Below the pieces are notes generated by a model that was not told the DNA's origin, did not search any database, and saw nothing but the letters and a program-made list of their open reading frames with translations. Shown here in pieces: positions 37,745 through 47,228 of a stretch of DNA of 64,000 nucleotides. The position numbers were made by a program, and so were the translations under genes. The stretch comes from a virus (taxonomy: Duplodnaviria; Caudoviricetes): positions 5,485 through 69,484 of IMG/VR virus record IMGVR_UViG_2724679537_000002, one strand, 5' to 3'. How positions within the stretch are numbered: the first letter of the stretch is position 1; each line of letters begins with the position of its first letter.

Positions 37745-38738
37745 CGTCGCCCCCCGCGCCACCTCCGGCACCTATCCCGATGTCGTCATGATCGATGGTC
37801 AGCCCCAGGCGCTCGGCACGCCCCTGCATCTGGCGCTCGACCTCGGCGGCATGCTCCAGCGCCTCGCGGTAGACGCGCCCCAACGCCTCCTTATCGACCA
37901 GCGCAAGCGTGGGCTGCTCCTCGATCTCGACCTTCTCCTTCCATAGCTCGGGCTGGCGATTCTTGAGCCAGAACTTCGCGGCCTCGGTGTCCGGGGCGAC
38001 GATCTCGGTATAGGGCACCACCACCGGCGCGCCCTGGTACTGGAACACCTTGACCGCCTGGTGCGTGTAGCCGGTGGCCTTCTTGTATAGCGAGCGCGCC
38101 ACGTTGGCGTCGGCATCGACGCGGCCCTGCTCCATTGCGGCGGCGAACTCGGCATGGGTATCCATCCAGCGATAGACGGTGACCTCATCCACTTTCAGCA
38201 AGTCGGCGACATGCTTCGGCGTGGCGCCCAGCAGGCAATGCTTGTAGGCCAGCTCGGCGAAGGCCGGGTGATATTTGCTGCCGCCACGGGGCGCGTCATA
38301 GACCTCAGCCAGCGGGCTCTCACCCAGGTCGTCCTCAAGCGATCGTGTGCGCACGCGCGTTAGGGTTGCATGATGAGATGCGCCACCGACCTCCTCCCCC
38401 GCCTCATCGAACGGGATGGAATCGGCTTCATCCAGCGGTACCGCCTTGTCCTCGAGCCCCGGCGGCAGCTCCTCCAGCTCCTCGACGGGGGCTTCCGGTT
38501 TCCGCCGTGGTTTTCGGTTTTCGGTTTTCGGTTTCTGTGCGGTTTTCGGTTTCCGAGCCGGTTTCGCCTTGGGTTTGCCGCCGCCCTTGCTCCACTCATC
38601 TTTGAGGGCGCGCTTGCGCACGGCGGGGCCCGACACGTCGAGCTCCAGTTCCCGAATCAGCCAGGCGTACCCGTCGCGGGAATCCGCCTCCCAGGTGTCT
38701 CTCGCCTTCTGCCACTGCTGCTCCGTCAACTTCGCCAT
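37737..38738 (-). CDS. Terminase small subunit
   Basis: 333 aa; HTH (LLGATPKHVADLLKVDEVTVYRW), PDTEAAKFWLKNRQPELWKE. Confidence 0.88.
   Translation of the reverse strand: MAKLTEQQWQKARDTWEADSRDGYAWLIRELELDVSGPAVRKRALKDEWSKGGGKPKAKPARKPKTAQKPKTENRKPRRKPEAPVEELEELPPGLEDKAVPLDEADSIPFDEAGEEVGGASHHATLTRVRTRSLEDDLGESPLAEVYDAPRGGSKYHPAFAELAYKHCLLGATPKHVADLLKVDEVTVYRWMDTHAEFAAAMEQGRVDADANVARSLYKKATGYTHQAVKVFQYQGAPVVVPYTEIVAPDTEAAKFWLKNRQPELWKEKVEIEEQPTLALVDKEALGRVYREALEHAAEVERQMQGRAERLGLTIDHDDIGIGAGGGAGGDDA
38497..38577. repeat. Cluster of nine GGTTT(T/C/G) units inside terS (candidate pac site)
   Basis: GGTTTTC/GGTTTC repeated, four in tandem at 38509-38535. Confidence 0.7.
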
Positions 38739-39412
38739 CAGGTGTACACCAGCTCCAGTTCGGGTTGCACACCCCCGGCAGCGGCGCGGGCCTCGCGATG
38801 CAAGCGCTTCAGCTTCGACTCGGCAGTACGCCCGGTGGCGGCGGCCCGCTCAACGGCGGATTGCAGCCGGGCCCCGCCCTTCACGTTCTCCCAGCGACGC
38901 GGGTTCAGTTCCTCGACGCGGGACAGGGCGTCTTGTGCTTCCTGGAGCTGTTGCGCCATGAGCATGGCCATCTCCTCCACGGCCTCGACGCGCTCCTGCA
39001 CTTCACGGGTCACCAGCATATCCCGCCAGCGATGGCGCTCCCACTCCTCACGCATCAGGATGATGGTGTCACGGGCAGCGTGGCAGCGGCGCTCGTCGAC
39101 CTCCATGCTCTCTGTGTTGCCGAGCAGGTAGTCGATAGACACGTCGTACAGCAGGGCGGCGCGCTTCACCACCCACAGCGGAATCTGCGAGCTATCGCGA
39201 CCGCCCTCGATCTTAGCCAGCTTGGTGGAATTGGCATAGCCCAGCAGCTGGGCGGCCTTGACCTGCGAATACCCCTGCATCTCGCGGGCTTCGCGCAGCC
39301 GCTCCCCCACCTTGCACGCCAGTAACACCTGCTCCTGGCGAGACGGGACACCGCGCCCACCCCGACGCTTGCGCCCTACTGCCGCATTGGCTGCCGCTTC
39401 GACCTGCTCCAT
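38738..39412 (-). CDS. XRE-family HTH regulator
   Basis: VGERLREAREMQGYSQVKAAQLLG...LAKIEGG...YDVSIDYLLG plus coiled coil. Confidence 0.85.
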   Translation of the reverse strand: MEQVEAAANAAVGRKRRGGRGVPSRQEQVLLACKVGERLREAREMQGYSQVKAAQLLGYANSTKLAKIEGGRDSSQIPLWVVKRAALLYDVSIDYLLGNTESMEVDERRCHAARDTIILMREEWERHRWRDMLVTREVQERVEAVEEMAMLMAQQLQEAQDALSRVEELNPRRWENVKGGARLQSAVERAAATGRTAESKLKRLHREARAAAGGVQPELELVYT

Positions 39413-39439
39413 GCCCTTGCTCCCCCTCAGACCGATTCG

Positions 39440-39676
39440 TTATTGCTGTGCTGCTCGCCTAGCCTTATGCTGCTCTGCAATGCGCCGAGCCTGATTGCCG
39501 TTCTCTGCTGTGCCTATTTCGCTGCTACCGCGATAAGTCAGAAACAGATCAACACCGCCGCAGGTGAACTTGCTTATCCGGTACTCGCCACAATCAGAGA
39601 CGATGCAGCGGTCGTTGGCCTTGTCTTTGAGCCGCCACTTCACGCTGACATCTCCACAGGAATAATCTCGACCCAC
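39440..39676 (-). CDS. Hypothetical protein (start uncertain)
   Basis: Short ORF in nin region. Confidence 0.5.
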   Translation of the reverse strand: MGRDYSCGDVSVKWRLKDKANDRCIVSDCGEYRISKFTCGGVDLFLTYRGSSEIGTAENGNQARRIAEQHKARRAAQQ

Positions 39677-40008
39677 GTGCCAGTTGCCGCCTTCCGGTCA
39701 ATCTCTGGCGGCTCCATGATGACGCGGCGCACGTACTGGCCACGGTCGTCGGGCAAAATCCCAGCCGCAACCAATCCATCCTCGATGTGCTTCACGTTGA
39801 TCGAGTAGTTGCTGGTATCCCGGCGGGGCACGCCTTTACCCAGCCGTGGGCGAAACACGATATCGACCTGCCCGTTTACCGGCTTCATCCCTTGGCAAGC
39901 CGCTTTGACGGCCAAGGCCGCGCGCTTCACGTCTTTGCGCCGCTGCTGGTAGTGCTGACGAATGGCGGTATTGGTGGAACAGGCGATGTAGGGCACGAAT
40001 AGGATCAT
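39640..40008 (-). CDS. RusA-like Holliday junction resolvase
   Basis: RRDTSNYSINVKHIEDGLVAAGILPDD matches RusA DxxN..K...D.L......DD. Confidence 0.85.
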   Translation of the reverse strand: MILFVPYIACSTNTAIRQHYQQRRKDVKRAALAVKAACQGMKPVNGQVDIVFRPRLGKGVPRRDTSNYSINVKHIEDGLVAAGILPDDRGQYVRRVIMEPPEIDRKAATGTWVEIIPVEMSA

Positions 40009-40172
40009 CAGTCGCCCTCCGCTTGATGGTGGCGGTCTTTAATAGCCTCGTTGATGGCGTACTCCATCGGCTCGCCTTGATCATCCAGTCCGTGAAAAAT
40101 GAACGCCGTGAACGCGATCAGCACTACGGCTCCAATGCCCAGCAGGGCGGGAATGGTCCATAGAGCTGTCAT
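40008..40172 (-). CDS. Small membrane protein (not in ORF track)
   Basis: 54 aa MTALWTIPALLGIGAVVLIAF..., GAGGTG RBS, coupled to rusA-like gene. Confidence 0.55.
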   Translation of the reverse strand: MTALWTIPALLGIGAVVLIAFTAFIFHGLDDQGEPMEYAINEAIKDRHHQAEGD

Positions 40173-40308
40173 AGATTCACCTCAATTCCGTACTGCTTGT
40201 TTACTCGCGCTATTTCGCGATCAAGGGATAGTGCAGCGCGGCCAATAATCGCTTCTCTGATTGGGTCGCTATCGGGCACGCCAGCGCGGAATAACTGAAC
40301 CGAGAGAT

Positions 40309-40650
40309 TCATACAGCCTCCCTGGCGTCGATGAAAGCGAGCGCGCGCGTCAGCTGCTCGCGGATGTCGGGATCATTGGCGAATTGAGTCAGACCGGCGC
40401 GAATCGTCTGCTGCAGCCACTCCACCTGCCAGGGCTGCCACTCGGCGCACTGGTGGACCATACGATGCGCCCACGGGGTCAGCGGCATCACGAAGGCGTC
40501 GGGTGCCTTGAGGCCCCAGCCGGACAGTCCCCAGCCGAGCCCGATAACGTGATGGGCCTCACAGCCCTCCTCGCCGGTCATACAGCACGGCAGGCTGCGC
40601 ACCCATGCCAGATAGCGCTCGCTGCGCCAAGCCTTGCTCTTGGGGATCAT
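40309..40650 (-). CDS. DUF968/NinG-like HNH-type nuclease
   Basis: RSERYLAWVRSLPCCMTG...EAHH...MPL...H..VH. Confidence 0.75.
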   Translation of the reverse strand: MIPKSKAWRSERYLAWVRSLPCCMTGEEGCEAHHVIGLGWGLSGWGLKAPDAFVMPLTPWAHRMVHQCAEWQPWQVEWLQQTIRAGLTQFANDPDIREQLTRALAFIDAREAV

Positions 40651-41105
40651 TGGCGCGCCTCCTTGTATTCCTCGTAGAGGGCCAGCGCGGGCTCGCTCCA
40701 CTGGACGCCCTGCTCGGTGCCGAAGGCGTACATACACTCGATCAGGTCGCAGAACACGCGCTTGCTCATGCGACTGGTGCTAAGCCCCACCATGACAATA
40801 CCCCCATCAATCCCGGGCACCATGCGATGGCGCTTCAATGCTGCCGTAGAGAAGTCCTTCCACTCGGTCGGCGAGAGCTTGTAGCCGTACCAGGTGACCT
40901 GCTCAGAGAGGTCGTTCAGCATCGGCCATAGCTTGCGGTTCTGGCTGTCGGTACGCTTCTCCTCGATGCGGGTCAGAATCACGCGCACCGGGCCACCCTT
41001 GAGGCCGCGGCCGGCCATCTCCATAGCCTGACTCATGACCGGAGCGAGCTGCTCCGGGTGCTGAATCACGTACTCGACCTGGTTGGCGGAGGCGGTGCGG
41101 GTCAT
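40647..41105 (-). CDS. ninB: NinB (Orf) recombination mediator
   Basis: KRTDSQNRKLWPMLNDLSEQVTW...STSRMSK...LIE...AFGTEQGVQWS. Confidence 0.88.
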   Translation of the reverse strand: MTRTASANQVEYVIQHPEQLAPVMSQAMEMAGRGLKGGPVRVILTRIEEKRTDSQNRKLWPMLNDLSEQVTWYGYKLSPTEWKDFSTAALKRHRMVPGIDGGIVMVGLSTSRMSKRVFCDLIECMYAFGTEQGVQWSEPALALYEEYKEARQ

Positions 41106-41614
41106 GGCTCGACGCCTCCGGCGGTCAACAGCTGCTTGCCCGTCTCGGCCAACCACAACAGATCACCAGCAGCGCCGACCTCCCCTCGCTGATAAGCGGC
41201 ATGGGCCTGCGCCCACAGGGCCTGGTGCATGGCGGCGCAGCGACCGACCAGCTCGGCCGGCATCGCGGCAGGCTCTTGGCGAGAAATGGTGGCGATAACG
41301 GTGGTGTCTGGCCCTTTGGCAGGATCCATGCCCACGCTCTCCGGGGCGGGCTCGGGCTTGGCCTCCCCAGCCTGCTCGACGGCCTCCAGGTCGACAGTCA
41401 TGCCGTGCACCGTCGGCAGCCAGGCGCCGTAAGCTACCCCTGCCAACCCCTTGTCACGAAGGCGGCGCAGGGCACGGTTCACGGCGCTCACCTCAGCCTG
41501 GCTCGCGGCATTGCAGCCAATGCAGATGATCTGCACCGTGACGGGACGCCGCGTCTGCCGGTGTTCGTCGCGGATGACGGACAGGGCCTCACGCTCGTAT
41601 CGCGTCATGGTCAT
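41102..41614 (-). CDS. Hypothetical protein, possible winged-HTH N-terminus
   Basis: VNRALRRLRDKGLA; coupled at both ends. Confidence 0.6.
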   Translation of the reverse strand: MTMTRYEREALSVIRDEHRQTRRPVTVQIICIGCNAASQAEVSAVNRALRRLRDKGLAGVAYGAWLPTVHGMTVDLEAVEQAGEAKPEPAPESVGMDPAKGPDTTVIATISRQEPAAMPAELVGRCAAMHQALWAQAHAAYQRGEVGAAGDLLWLAETGKQLLTAGGVEP

Positions 41615-42435
41615 GCGGCGGCCTCCTTCCGGTAGCTCCCCCAGTCGAGTGTCAGCGTCATGCCACCGCCCTCGCTCATACGGTCGATGATCCGCTCCCC
41701 CAGGTAGTCGCCCAGGCCGACAGCATCGACATTGGAGATCAGGATGGTGGGCAGCATCTGCTTGTAGCGCTCGTTCACGATCTTGAAGAGGATCAGGCGC
41801 TCCCACTCGGTGCCCAGCTGGGCGCCGACCTCGTCCAGGATCAGCAAGTCGAGCCCGCCGACGAAGGCCTTGATTGCTTCACGCTCGCTGCCGCCCTTCT
41901 GGCTGAAGGCGCGCTCCTTGATCAGATCGATCAGCTCGTAGACGTCGATACCCATGACGCGGTAGCCGCTGGCCAGCAGTGCGTTGCCGACGCCATAGGC
42001 CAGGTGGCTCTTGCCTGCCCCCACGGAACCGGTCAGCACCATGCCGCCGCCCTGAGCCAAGCGATCCTCGAAGCGCTCGACATAGCGCTGGCAGGCCGCC
42101 TTGGCGAATGCCTTGCCCTCATGCCCATCGACGTTGAACCCCTCCAGGGTGCGTGATGCGAAGCGCTTGGGGATCATCGAGTTTTCGCGCAGTTTCTCCA
42201 GCTTGGCGGTGCCGGCCTGCCCGGCGCGCTGACGCTGCTCGTCCCGGCGCTGGCGGTCTTTCTCCTCCTCGAGACAGGCCGGGCAGGTGAACCACTGGCC
42301 GTTGGGCATCAGCGTGGCAGTGTAGGGGCCGTGGGCGCGGCAGGTGTCGTGTCGATCCTTGGTCTGCCCCGATAGGATGCTGGCCAGGTGGCCGCGAACT
42401 TCCGGGGTGGTTGTCATCGGTTGTGCCATGCTCAA
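41611..42435 (-). CDS. DnaC/IstB-like helicase loader
   Basis: N-terminal C..HG..CPAC, GSVGAGKSH, LLILDEVG, RIIDRM. Confidence 0.92.
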   Translation of the reverse strand: MSMAQPMTTTPEVRGHLASILSGQTKDRHDTCRAHGPYTATLMPNGQWFTCPACLEEEKDRQRRDEQRQRAGQAGTAKLEKLRENSMIPKRFASRTLEGFNVDGHEGKAFAKAACQRYVERFEDRLAQGGGMVLTGSVGAGKSHLAYGVGNALLASGYRVMGIDVYELIDLIKERAFSQKGGSEREAIKAFVGGLDLLILDEVGAQLGTEWERLILFKIVNERYKQMLPTILISNVDAVGLGDYLGERIIDRMSEGGGMTLTLDWGSYRKEAAA

Positions 42436-43346
42436 TCCCTCATCCAGTCGGGCAGGTTATCCATGTCGGTCGGCGTGTAGGTGCCCTGCGGCTGCGGCTG
42501 GGCAAAGCCTTTGCGGCCGTCCTGGCGAGCAGGCCTGCGCTGCTGCTTGACCTGCTTCGCCAGCTGGTCCCACTTGGCGCGCATCTTGGCGGGGGACAGC
42601 ACGATCCCCGACCAGAACTCATGCGTGGCCGTCCAGGTGATCAGGTAGCGAATTTGCTCAACGGTGCGACCATCGCTTTCTCGCATCAGGCGAAACTCGT
42701 TGGCCCAGGTGGTGGGGTTATGCTTCACCGGGGCGTCGAGGTCAGCGCTCACCGCGGCGACCATCTCGGTCACCAGCTCGTGGTCGATCTCCTCACCCCA
42801 CTTTCGCCGCTTGGGTTTCGATTGCTCGGACGTATTGTTACTACCGTTAGGTAGTAACTTGTCTTCTGTCTTTGGTGTGCACCCCCGTGGGGTACAATCT
42901 TTGTCACCCCCGTGGGGTACAGTGTCACCCCTTTTGTCACCCCCCTTGATCGGGGTGTGAGAGGCCGTTAAATCCCATTCAACGAAGTGCTTGTTGAGAG
43001 AAAGCAGGCCATGCCCAGCGCCCTCGATATTCAGCACGCGCTTCGCAACCAGCTGCTGCTTGATGCGGTTGACCTTCTGGCGAGGGAGATGACAGACCTC
43101 GGCAATCTGGCTATCAGCAATGCGGTCCGCCTTCTTGTTCCAGCCATACGTGAGCCGCATCACGGCGAGAGCGACACGGCGCTCACGGTCGGTCAATGGG
43201 GCGCTGATAATCGCCTCAAACAGCTCGTTCGCGATCCTCGTGTATCCATCCTCCACTTGTGGCCCCCTTGGCGTTTCTGCGGGTGCCTGCGGCTCCTCTG
43301 ATGGCTGCTCGTGGTAGCGCTCGGGGAACTTCAGTACGTTGCTCAT
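42432..43346 (-). CDS. Replication initiator (lambda O-like)
   Basis: EDGYTRIANELFEA...VMRLTYGWNKK..RI; C-terminal FWSGIVLSPAKMRAKWDQL. Confidence 0.92.
   Translation of the reverse strand: MSNVLKFPERYHEQPSEEPQAPAETPRGPQVEDGYTRIANELFEAIISAPLTDRERRVALAVMRLTYGWNKKADRIADSQIAEVCHLPRQKVNRIKQQLVAKRVLNIEGAGHGLLSLNKHFVEWDLTASHTPIKGGDKRGDTVPHGGDKDCTPRGCTPKTEDKLLPNGSNNTSEQSKPKRRKWGEEIDHELVTEMVAAVSADLDAPVKHNPTTWANEFRLMRESDGRTVEQIRYLITWTATHEFWSGIVLSPAKMRAKWDQLAKQVKQQRRPARQDGRKGFAQPQPQGTYTPTDMDNLPDWMRD
42830..42945. repeat. Replication origin iterons within the O-like gene
   Basis: CACCCCCGTGGGGTACA at 42880 and 42905; TGTCACCCC at 42902, 42923, 42935; adjacent AT-richer stretch with hairpin GTTACTACC-GTTA-GGTAGTAAC. 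Confidence 0.8.
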
Positions 43347-44002
43347 GCCGCCACCTCCAGCCCATAGGCTTCCATCCACACGTCGGCGTGATACGCCTTG
43401 ACGGTTCCGTAGTTGGCGTCGAACACGTCGATGGCAGGAATGCCCAGGTCTTGAGATGCGGACTTCAGTAGGCGCCAGTTGTACTTCTGGCCATGAGTCA
43501 GCATCGACATGCGCTTGATAGTGCAGTAATCCTTGGAGCGATCCAGATCGCGCTCCAGCTTTGCGGCACGGCGAGATGCGGCGCTGGCGGTCGCCATGGC
43601 CGTGGCTTCTCGCCGACTGCCAATCTCTGCCTTGGTGGCAATGGCGGCCTGCTCGGCCTTTTTGGCTTCGATCCACGCCTCGGCAGCAGCAATCGGATCG
43701 GAGAAGTCGGGAAGCGATGGCTTGGCGGCCTGCTCCTCAAGCTCTTGCCAGCGATCGACAAGGCGCGCCGTGAACTCAGGCGACAGCTGTGCCACGATCA
43801 CATAGCTATCTCGCTTGCCAACGCGGTAAACGGTCGCCGGACGCCCGCCAGTGGACTTCTCCCCCACTGGGGTAAAAGTGATAAGGCCGCGCTCGGCCAG
43901 CCTTTCGATGGATTGCTTCACCTTGTCGTGGCGAGACTCCACCAGCTCGGCAATATCCCTGCTCGACATCGTGAGCGCCGGCATCTCCATGGGCATGCTC
44001 AT
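43343..44002 (-). CDS. Rha family regulator/antirepressor
   Basis: TMSSRDIAELVESRHDKVKQSIERL...VAQLSPEFTARLVDRWQELE. Confidence 0.88.
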   Translation of the reverse strand: MSMPMEMPALTMSSRDIAELVESRHDKVKQSIERLAERGLITFTPVGEKSTGGRPATVYRVGKRDSYVIVAQLSPEFTARLVDRWQELEEQAAKPSLPDFSDPIAAAEAWIEAKKAEQAAIATKAEIGSRREATAMATASAASRRAAKLERDLDRSKDYCTIKRMSMLTHGQKYNWRLLKSASQDLGIPAIDVFDANYGTVKAYHADVWMEAYGLEVAA

Positions 44003-44301
44003 ACGTTGCCTCCCGCCTTGCGGCACTGAGTTTCCAGACGGCGCAACGCATTTCGCTCAACGCGGCGAGCCTCGACGAAAGCTCTGTAGGCGTCGTCAGT
44101 GGCGTTGAAGAACTCGGGGTCTTCCATGGCATCACGCATGGTTCGCCCGTGGCTGTTCTCCCTCAGCCAGCGGTTGCGGATCTCGGCGTAGGCCTGACGG
44201 GAGCGCTTGCGCTCCTGCATGGCGCGGTGATGCTCGACCGCCGCTTGACCGGTCTCTGCCAGGGCGATCATCAACTGGACGTTTATCGGTTTGTCGTTCA
44301 T
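43999..44301 (-). CDS. Hypothetical protein
   Basis: ~100 aa from MNDKPINVQ, GGAG RBS. Confidence 0.65.
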   Translation of the reverse strand: MNDKPINVQLMIALAETGQAAVEHHRAMQERKRSRQAYAEIRNRWLRENSHGRTMRDAMEDPEFFNATDDAYRAFVEARRVERNALRRLETQCRKAGGNV

Positions 44302-44374
44302 AATCATCTCCATACATGAAGTGACATCAACGCCCCGCGGTGGCAGCCGATCGGGGCGTTGTTGTGTCCGGGGG

Positions 44375-44620
44375 TTACCCGGCGTTTTGCACATCGGAAA
44401 CCTCAACCGTCTCCCCGGCCTCAAGCCGAGAGAGCTCCGACGTGCTGATGCCCGCCAGGTCGGCGAGCACTCGGCGGTAATGTTGGGCACGGCGCTTGGG
44501 CTGCGCGGGAAGCCCCTTGGTGCGCCAGTGCCAAGGGGTGGCGTGGTGGACGTCACAAGCAGCAGCCAGACGGCCATTGCCCACCACATCGATCAATTCC
44601 GATACGCTGGAAACAATCAC
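44375..44620 (-). CDS. Small putative DNA-binding protein
   Basis: 81 aa; LAAACDV...W.W..KGLP Cro-like pattern. Confidence 0.5.
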   Translation of the reverse strand: MIVSSVSELIDVVGNGRLAAACDVHHATPWHWRTKGLPAQPKRRAQHYRRVLADLAGISTSELSRLEAGETVEVSDVQNAG

Positions 44621-44623
44621 GGG

Positions 44624-45247
44624 TCACCCTCCGCTCTTGGCCACCGCCAGTCGAACGCCGGGGTTGCGACCCAGCACTTTTCGTTCGATCAGCGAGCGCG
44701 TGCTCATCAGCGCGACGATGGCGTCGTCAATTTCGGCCAGCGCCTCGTCGGCCATGGGCAGGTCTGCCGGGCTCAGCTTGTTGTCGTGAAGCATCCGCGA
44801 CATGACGGCCATCACGTCGCCGGTTTCTCGGCTCACCTCGCCAAGTGCGGCAAACCCGCAGGAAATCTCATCCCCGCTCTCGGGTCGCTTTACCCCCATG
44901 AACCCGTGGCGGCGCGTCAGGCTGACGCGAGCAAAGTCGTCACCGAATACCTCAAGCGCTGCACACCAGGGCTCTTCCAGCCAGGCCGGGAACTCTACGG
45001 CGCCGCTGGCCCAGCGCTGCACGCGCTTGGCCCAGCTCATCACCGCGTGGTCGTACTCGTCCCCTACCGTGGTGAAGCCATCCAGGTCGGGCAGGTGCAG
45101 GTCAGCCGCCTTGGCCGGGCAGCACGCCATAACCTGGCGATTCAGTTCGCGGGCGAAGCGCTCGCAGGCGATGCCGCGCTGTTCACGCAGGCGACCAAGG
45201 GCGTCGCGCAGTAGAGCGTCACGGCTGGGGTGTCGGGTGTAGGACAT
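44624..45247 (-). CDS. CII-like regulatory protein
   Basis: 207 aa directly after cro; C-terminal EVSRETGDV...DNKLSPAD. Confidence 0.6.
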   Translation of the reverse strand: MSYTRHPSRDALLRDALGRLREQRGIACERFARELNRQVMACCPAKAADLHLPDLDGFTTVGDEYDHAVMSWAKRVQRWASGAVEFPAWLEEPWCAALEVFGDDFARVSLTRRHGFMGVKRPESGDEISCGFAALGEVSRETGDVMAVMSRMLHDNKLSPADLPMADEALAEIDDAIVALMSTRSLIERKVLGRNPGVRLAVAKSGG

Positions 45248-45280
45248 GGCAGGAGCTCCCTTCTCTGGATAGGGTGAAAG

Positions 45281-45478
45281 TTAGGCGGCGCGCGACTTCA
45301 GTTCGGCATGCATCTCATCGATAGCCCTGCCGGTGGAGTACAGCGGATTGGCGATAGCCCCAGACCTGATGCGATAGATCGTTGAGGCGTCGCATCCAGC
45401 ACGCTCAGCGATCGCCTTGTACGTAACGCCGGAAGCAAGAAGAGCCTCCAGCTTTTCTGCGAGTTCTGTGCCGTGCAT
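45281..45478 (-). CDS. cro: Cro-like repressor
   Basis: 65 aa HTH (TYKAIAERAGCDASTIYRIRSG), divergent from cI. Confidence 0.88.
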   Translation of the reverse strand: MHGTELAEKLEALLASGVTYKAIAERAGCDASTIYRIRSGAIANPLYSTGRAIDEMHAELKSRAA

Positions 45479-45508
45479 GGCTGTAACCTCGGAAGACGTT
45501 TCTATGTC

Positions 45509-45593
45509 ACAGGATATGCATCAATGCATAATTGTCAACGTGAAATGCATTTGCCCTATGCATCTGGTCGGGCAATCATTGCATCCATGCAAA
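45509..45593. promoter_or_regulatory. OR/PR region: TTGACA-N16-TATCCT (minus) with operators TATGCAT-NN-ATGCATA
   Basis: -35 at 45533-45538, -10 at 45511-45516; palindrome at 45515-45530, degenerate copy at 45578-45593. Confidence 0.75.
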
Positions 45594-46270
45594 AAGAGAA
45601 AACGAAAGACGTCTTGGCACGACTGATCGGGGCGTCGGGAAAAAGGCCGACTGAGGTTGCTCGCGAAAGCGGCGTGGCCCAGTCGACGCTGTCCAGAATC
45701 CTGCAAGGGAAAATTGAGAGCCCAACGGATAGGCAGTTGCAGAAGCTCGCTGAATATTTTGGCGTGACCACAGACCAGCTCCGTGGCCGACAGCCTGTTG
45801 ATCTCGCCGACCTGTTCTCCCTTCGGACTCACGACCTGCCTAAGTCAAAAGACGTAGCCCCCGCCCCTCAGGCCACCGGCATGTGCCCAGAAATCAGCTG
45901 GGTGCAGGCCGGTGCCTGGACGGAGGTCTGCCACGTTGAGCGCGACCCGGACGCCATCACCTGGCACCCTCGCCCTGCCGGCGCTTCGGAGCAGACCTTC
46001 GTGCTCAGGGTGGTCGGCGAATCCATGGTGCCCGAGTATCTGCCGGGCACGCTGATTTATGTGGACCCGGAGCGCGCGCCCGAGAACGGCAAGGACGTGG
46101 TGGCCGTCATGACCGAAACCGGTGAAGCCACGTTCAAGCGGCTGATCGAGGAGCCGGGACATGGCCGCATGCTCAAAGCGCTGAACCCGGCCTGGCACGA
46201 GCCCTACATCAAGATCAACGGCAACTGCCGCGTGGTGGGCGTGGTAGTCGCTGACATGCGATTGCGCTGA
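45587..46270 (+). CDS. cI: CI repressor (HTH plus S24 peptidase)
   Basis: EVARESGVAQSTLSRIL; ISWVQAG cleavage site; VVGESM; ATFKRL. Confidence 0.95.
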   Translation: MQKEKTKDVLARLIGASGKRPTEVARESGVAQSTLSRILQGKIESPTDRQLQKLAEYFGVTTDQLRGRQPVDLADLFSLRTHDLPKSKDVAPAPQATGMCPEISWVQAGAWTEVCHVERDPDAITWHPRPAGASEQTFVLRVVGESMVPEYLPGTLIYVDPERAPENGKDVVAVMTETGEATFKRLIEEPGHGRMLKALNPAWHEPYIKINGNCRVVGVVVADMRLR

Positions 46271-46280
46271 AGGAGTTCAC

Positions 46281-47138
46281 ATGGATGTCGAGCAGTTCAA
46301 GATACTATTTGGGGATGCGCAGACACTCCCGAAGGATATAGAAGCTATCCGCCAATTATTTTCCGATAAGGGCATTCCTTGTCTTGAGGTGTCGAAAACG
46401 CCACAGCTCAATGCGCACAGCCTTATCCATCCAGCGACTGATGCTGGGCAAACTATTATTGAGCGCCTGGAAGGATCGCCAGCGCAGAACATCACTCTTG
46501 TTGTTATCGAGAAGACCGAGCTTTGTCCAGATAAATACGAAAGGACGGCCATCGGCTATAACCCACTCCACCACTTCAGCTTTCTGTTTGGCGCTGATAC
46601 GCCCGAGGAAAACGCTCGCAAAGAGCACAAGGCGTTGACCAACAAGCCGATGGGGATAACTGTCTACCTGTTCGCCGCGAATGGGCTGTGCTTCGCTTAC
46701 AAGCGTGCTTCGTGGCAATCTCTCGTGTTGGACCAAACCGATGAAGACCCCTTCATCGACGATGAATACGATGAATACGATGACCCTCTTTACGACGAAG
46801 CCGAGGAAGCAGCTTACCAGGAGCGCCAAGAGAAGGAGGCTAAGCTGGGGCAAGAGCTGGCCCACGCCCCTGGCTGGGGGTTATGCAGCAATCACCAGCA
46901 GCGCCTTTATTTCGCAAACAAGTTCTTTGCTGATCGCGATAATGTTGAGCAAGGCCATATATACGGCGCTGTTGAAAGGGCGAAACTCATCTTCGACATG
47001 GAGATTCTTCCTGAAAAGGTCGCCGCTCTCCACAAGGATGGCAAGACCCCGAAAGAGATCGCGGCTGAGACCGGATGCAGTCAAGCCAAGGCGAAGCGAA
47101 TTATTGCTCAGCTGGTTGTTTCGCAGGAGGCTCAATGA
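46281..47138 (+). CDS. Accessory protein co-transcribed with cI
   Basis: 285 aa, AAGGAG RBS, visibly lower GC, acidic linker, C-terminal HTH-like segment. Confidence 0.85.
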   Translation: MDVEQFKILFGDAQTLPKDIEAIRQLFSDKGIPCLEVSKTPQLNAHSLIHPATDAGQTIIERLEGSPAQNITLVVIEKTELCPDKYERTAIGYNPLHHFSFLFGADTPEENARKEHKALTNKPMGITVYLFAANGLCFAYKRASWQSLVLDQTDEDPFIDDEYDEYDDPLYDEAEEAAYQERQEKEAKLGQELAHAPGWGLCSNHQQRLYFANKFFADRDNVEQGHIYGAVERAKLIFDMEILPEKVAALHKDGKTPKEIAAETGCSQAKAKRIIAQLVVSQEAQ

Positions 47139-47228
47139 CCGAAGACTACGAGAAGCGCATTGCCAAACTTGAGTCCGCCATGCGCTTCCTGCCCGCCTAA
47201 CGCCCAGAAAACCCGCCTCGACCCACCA

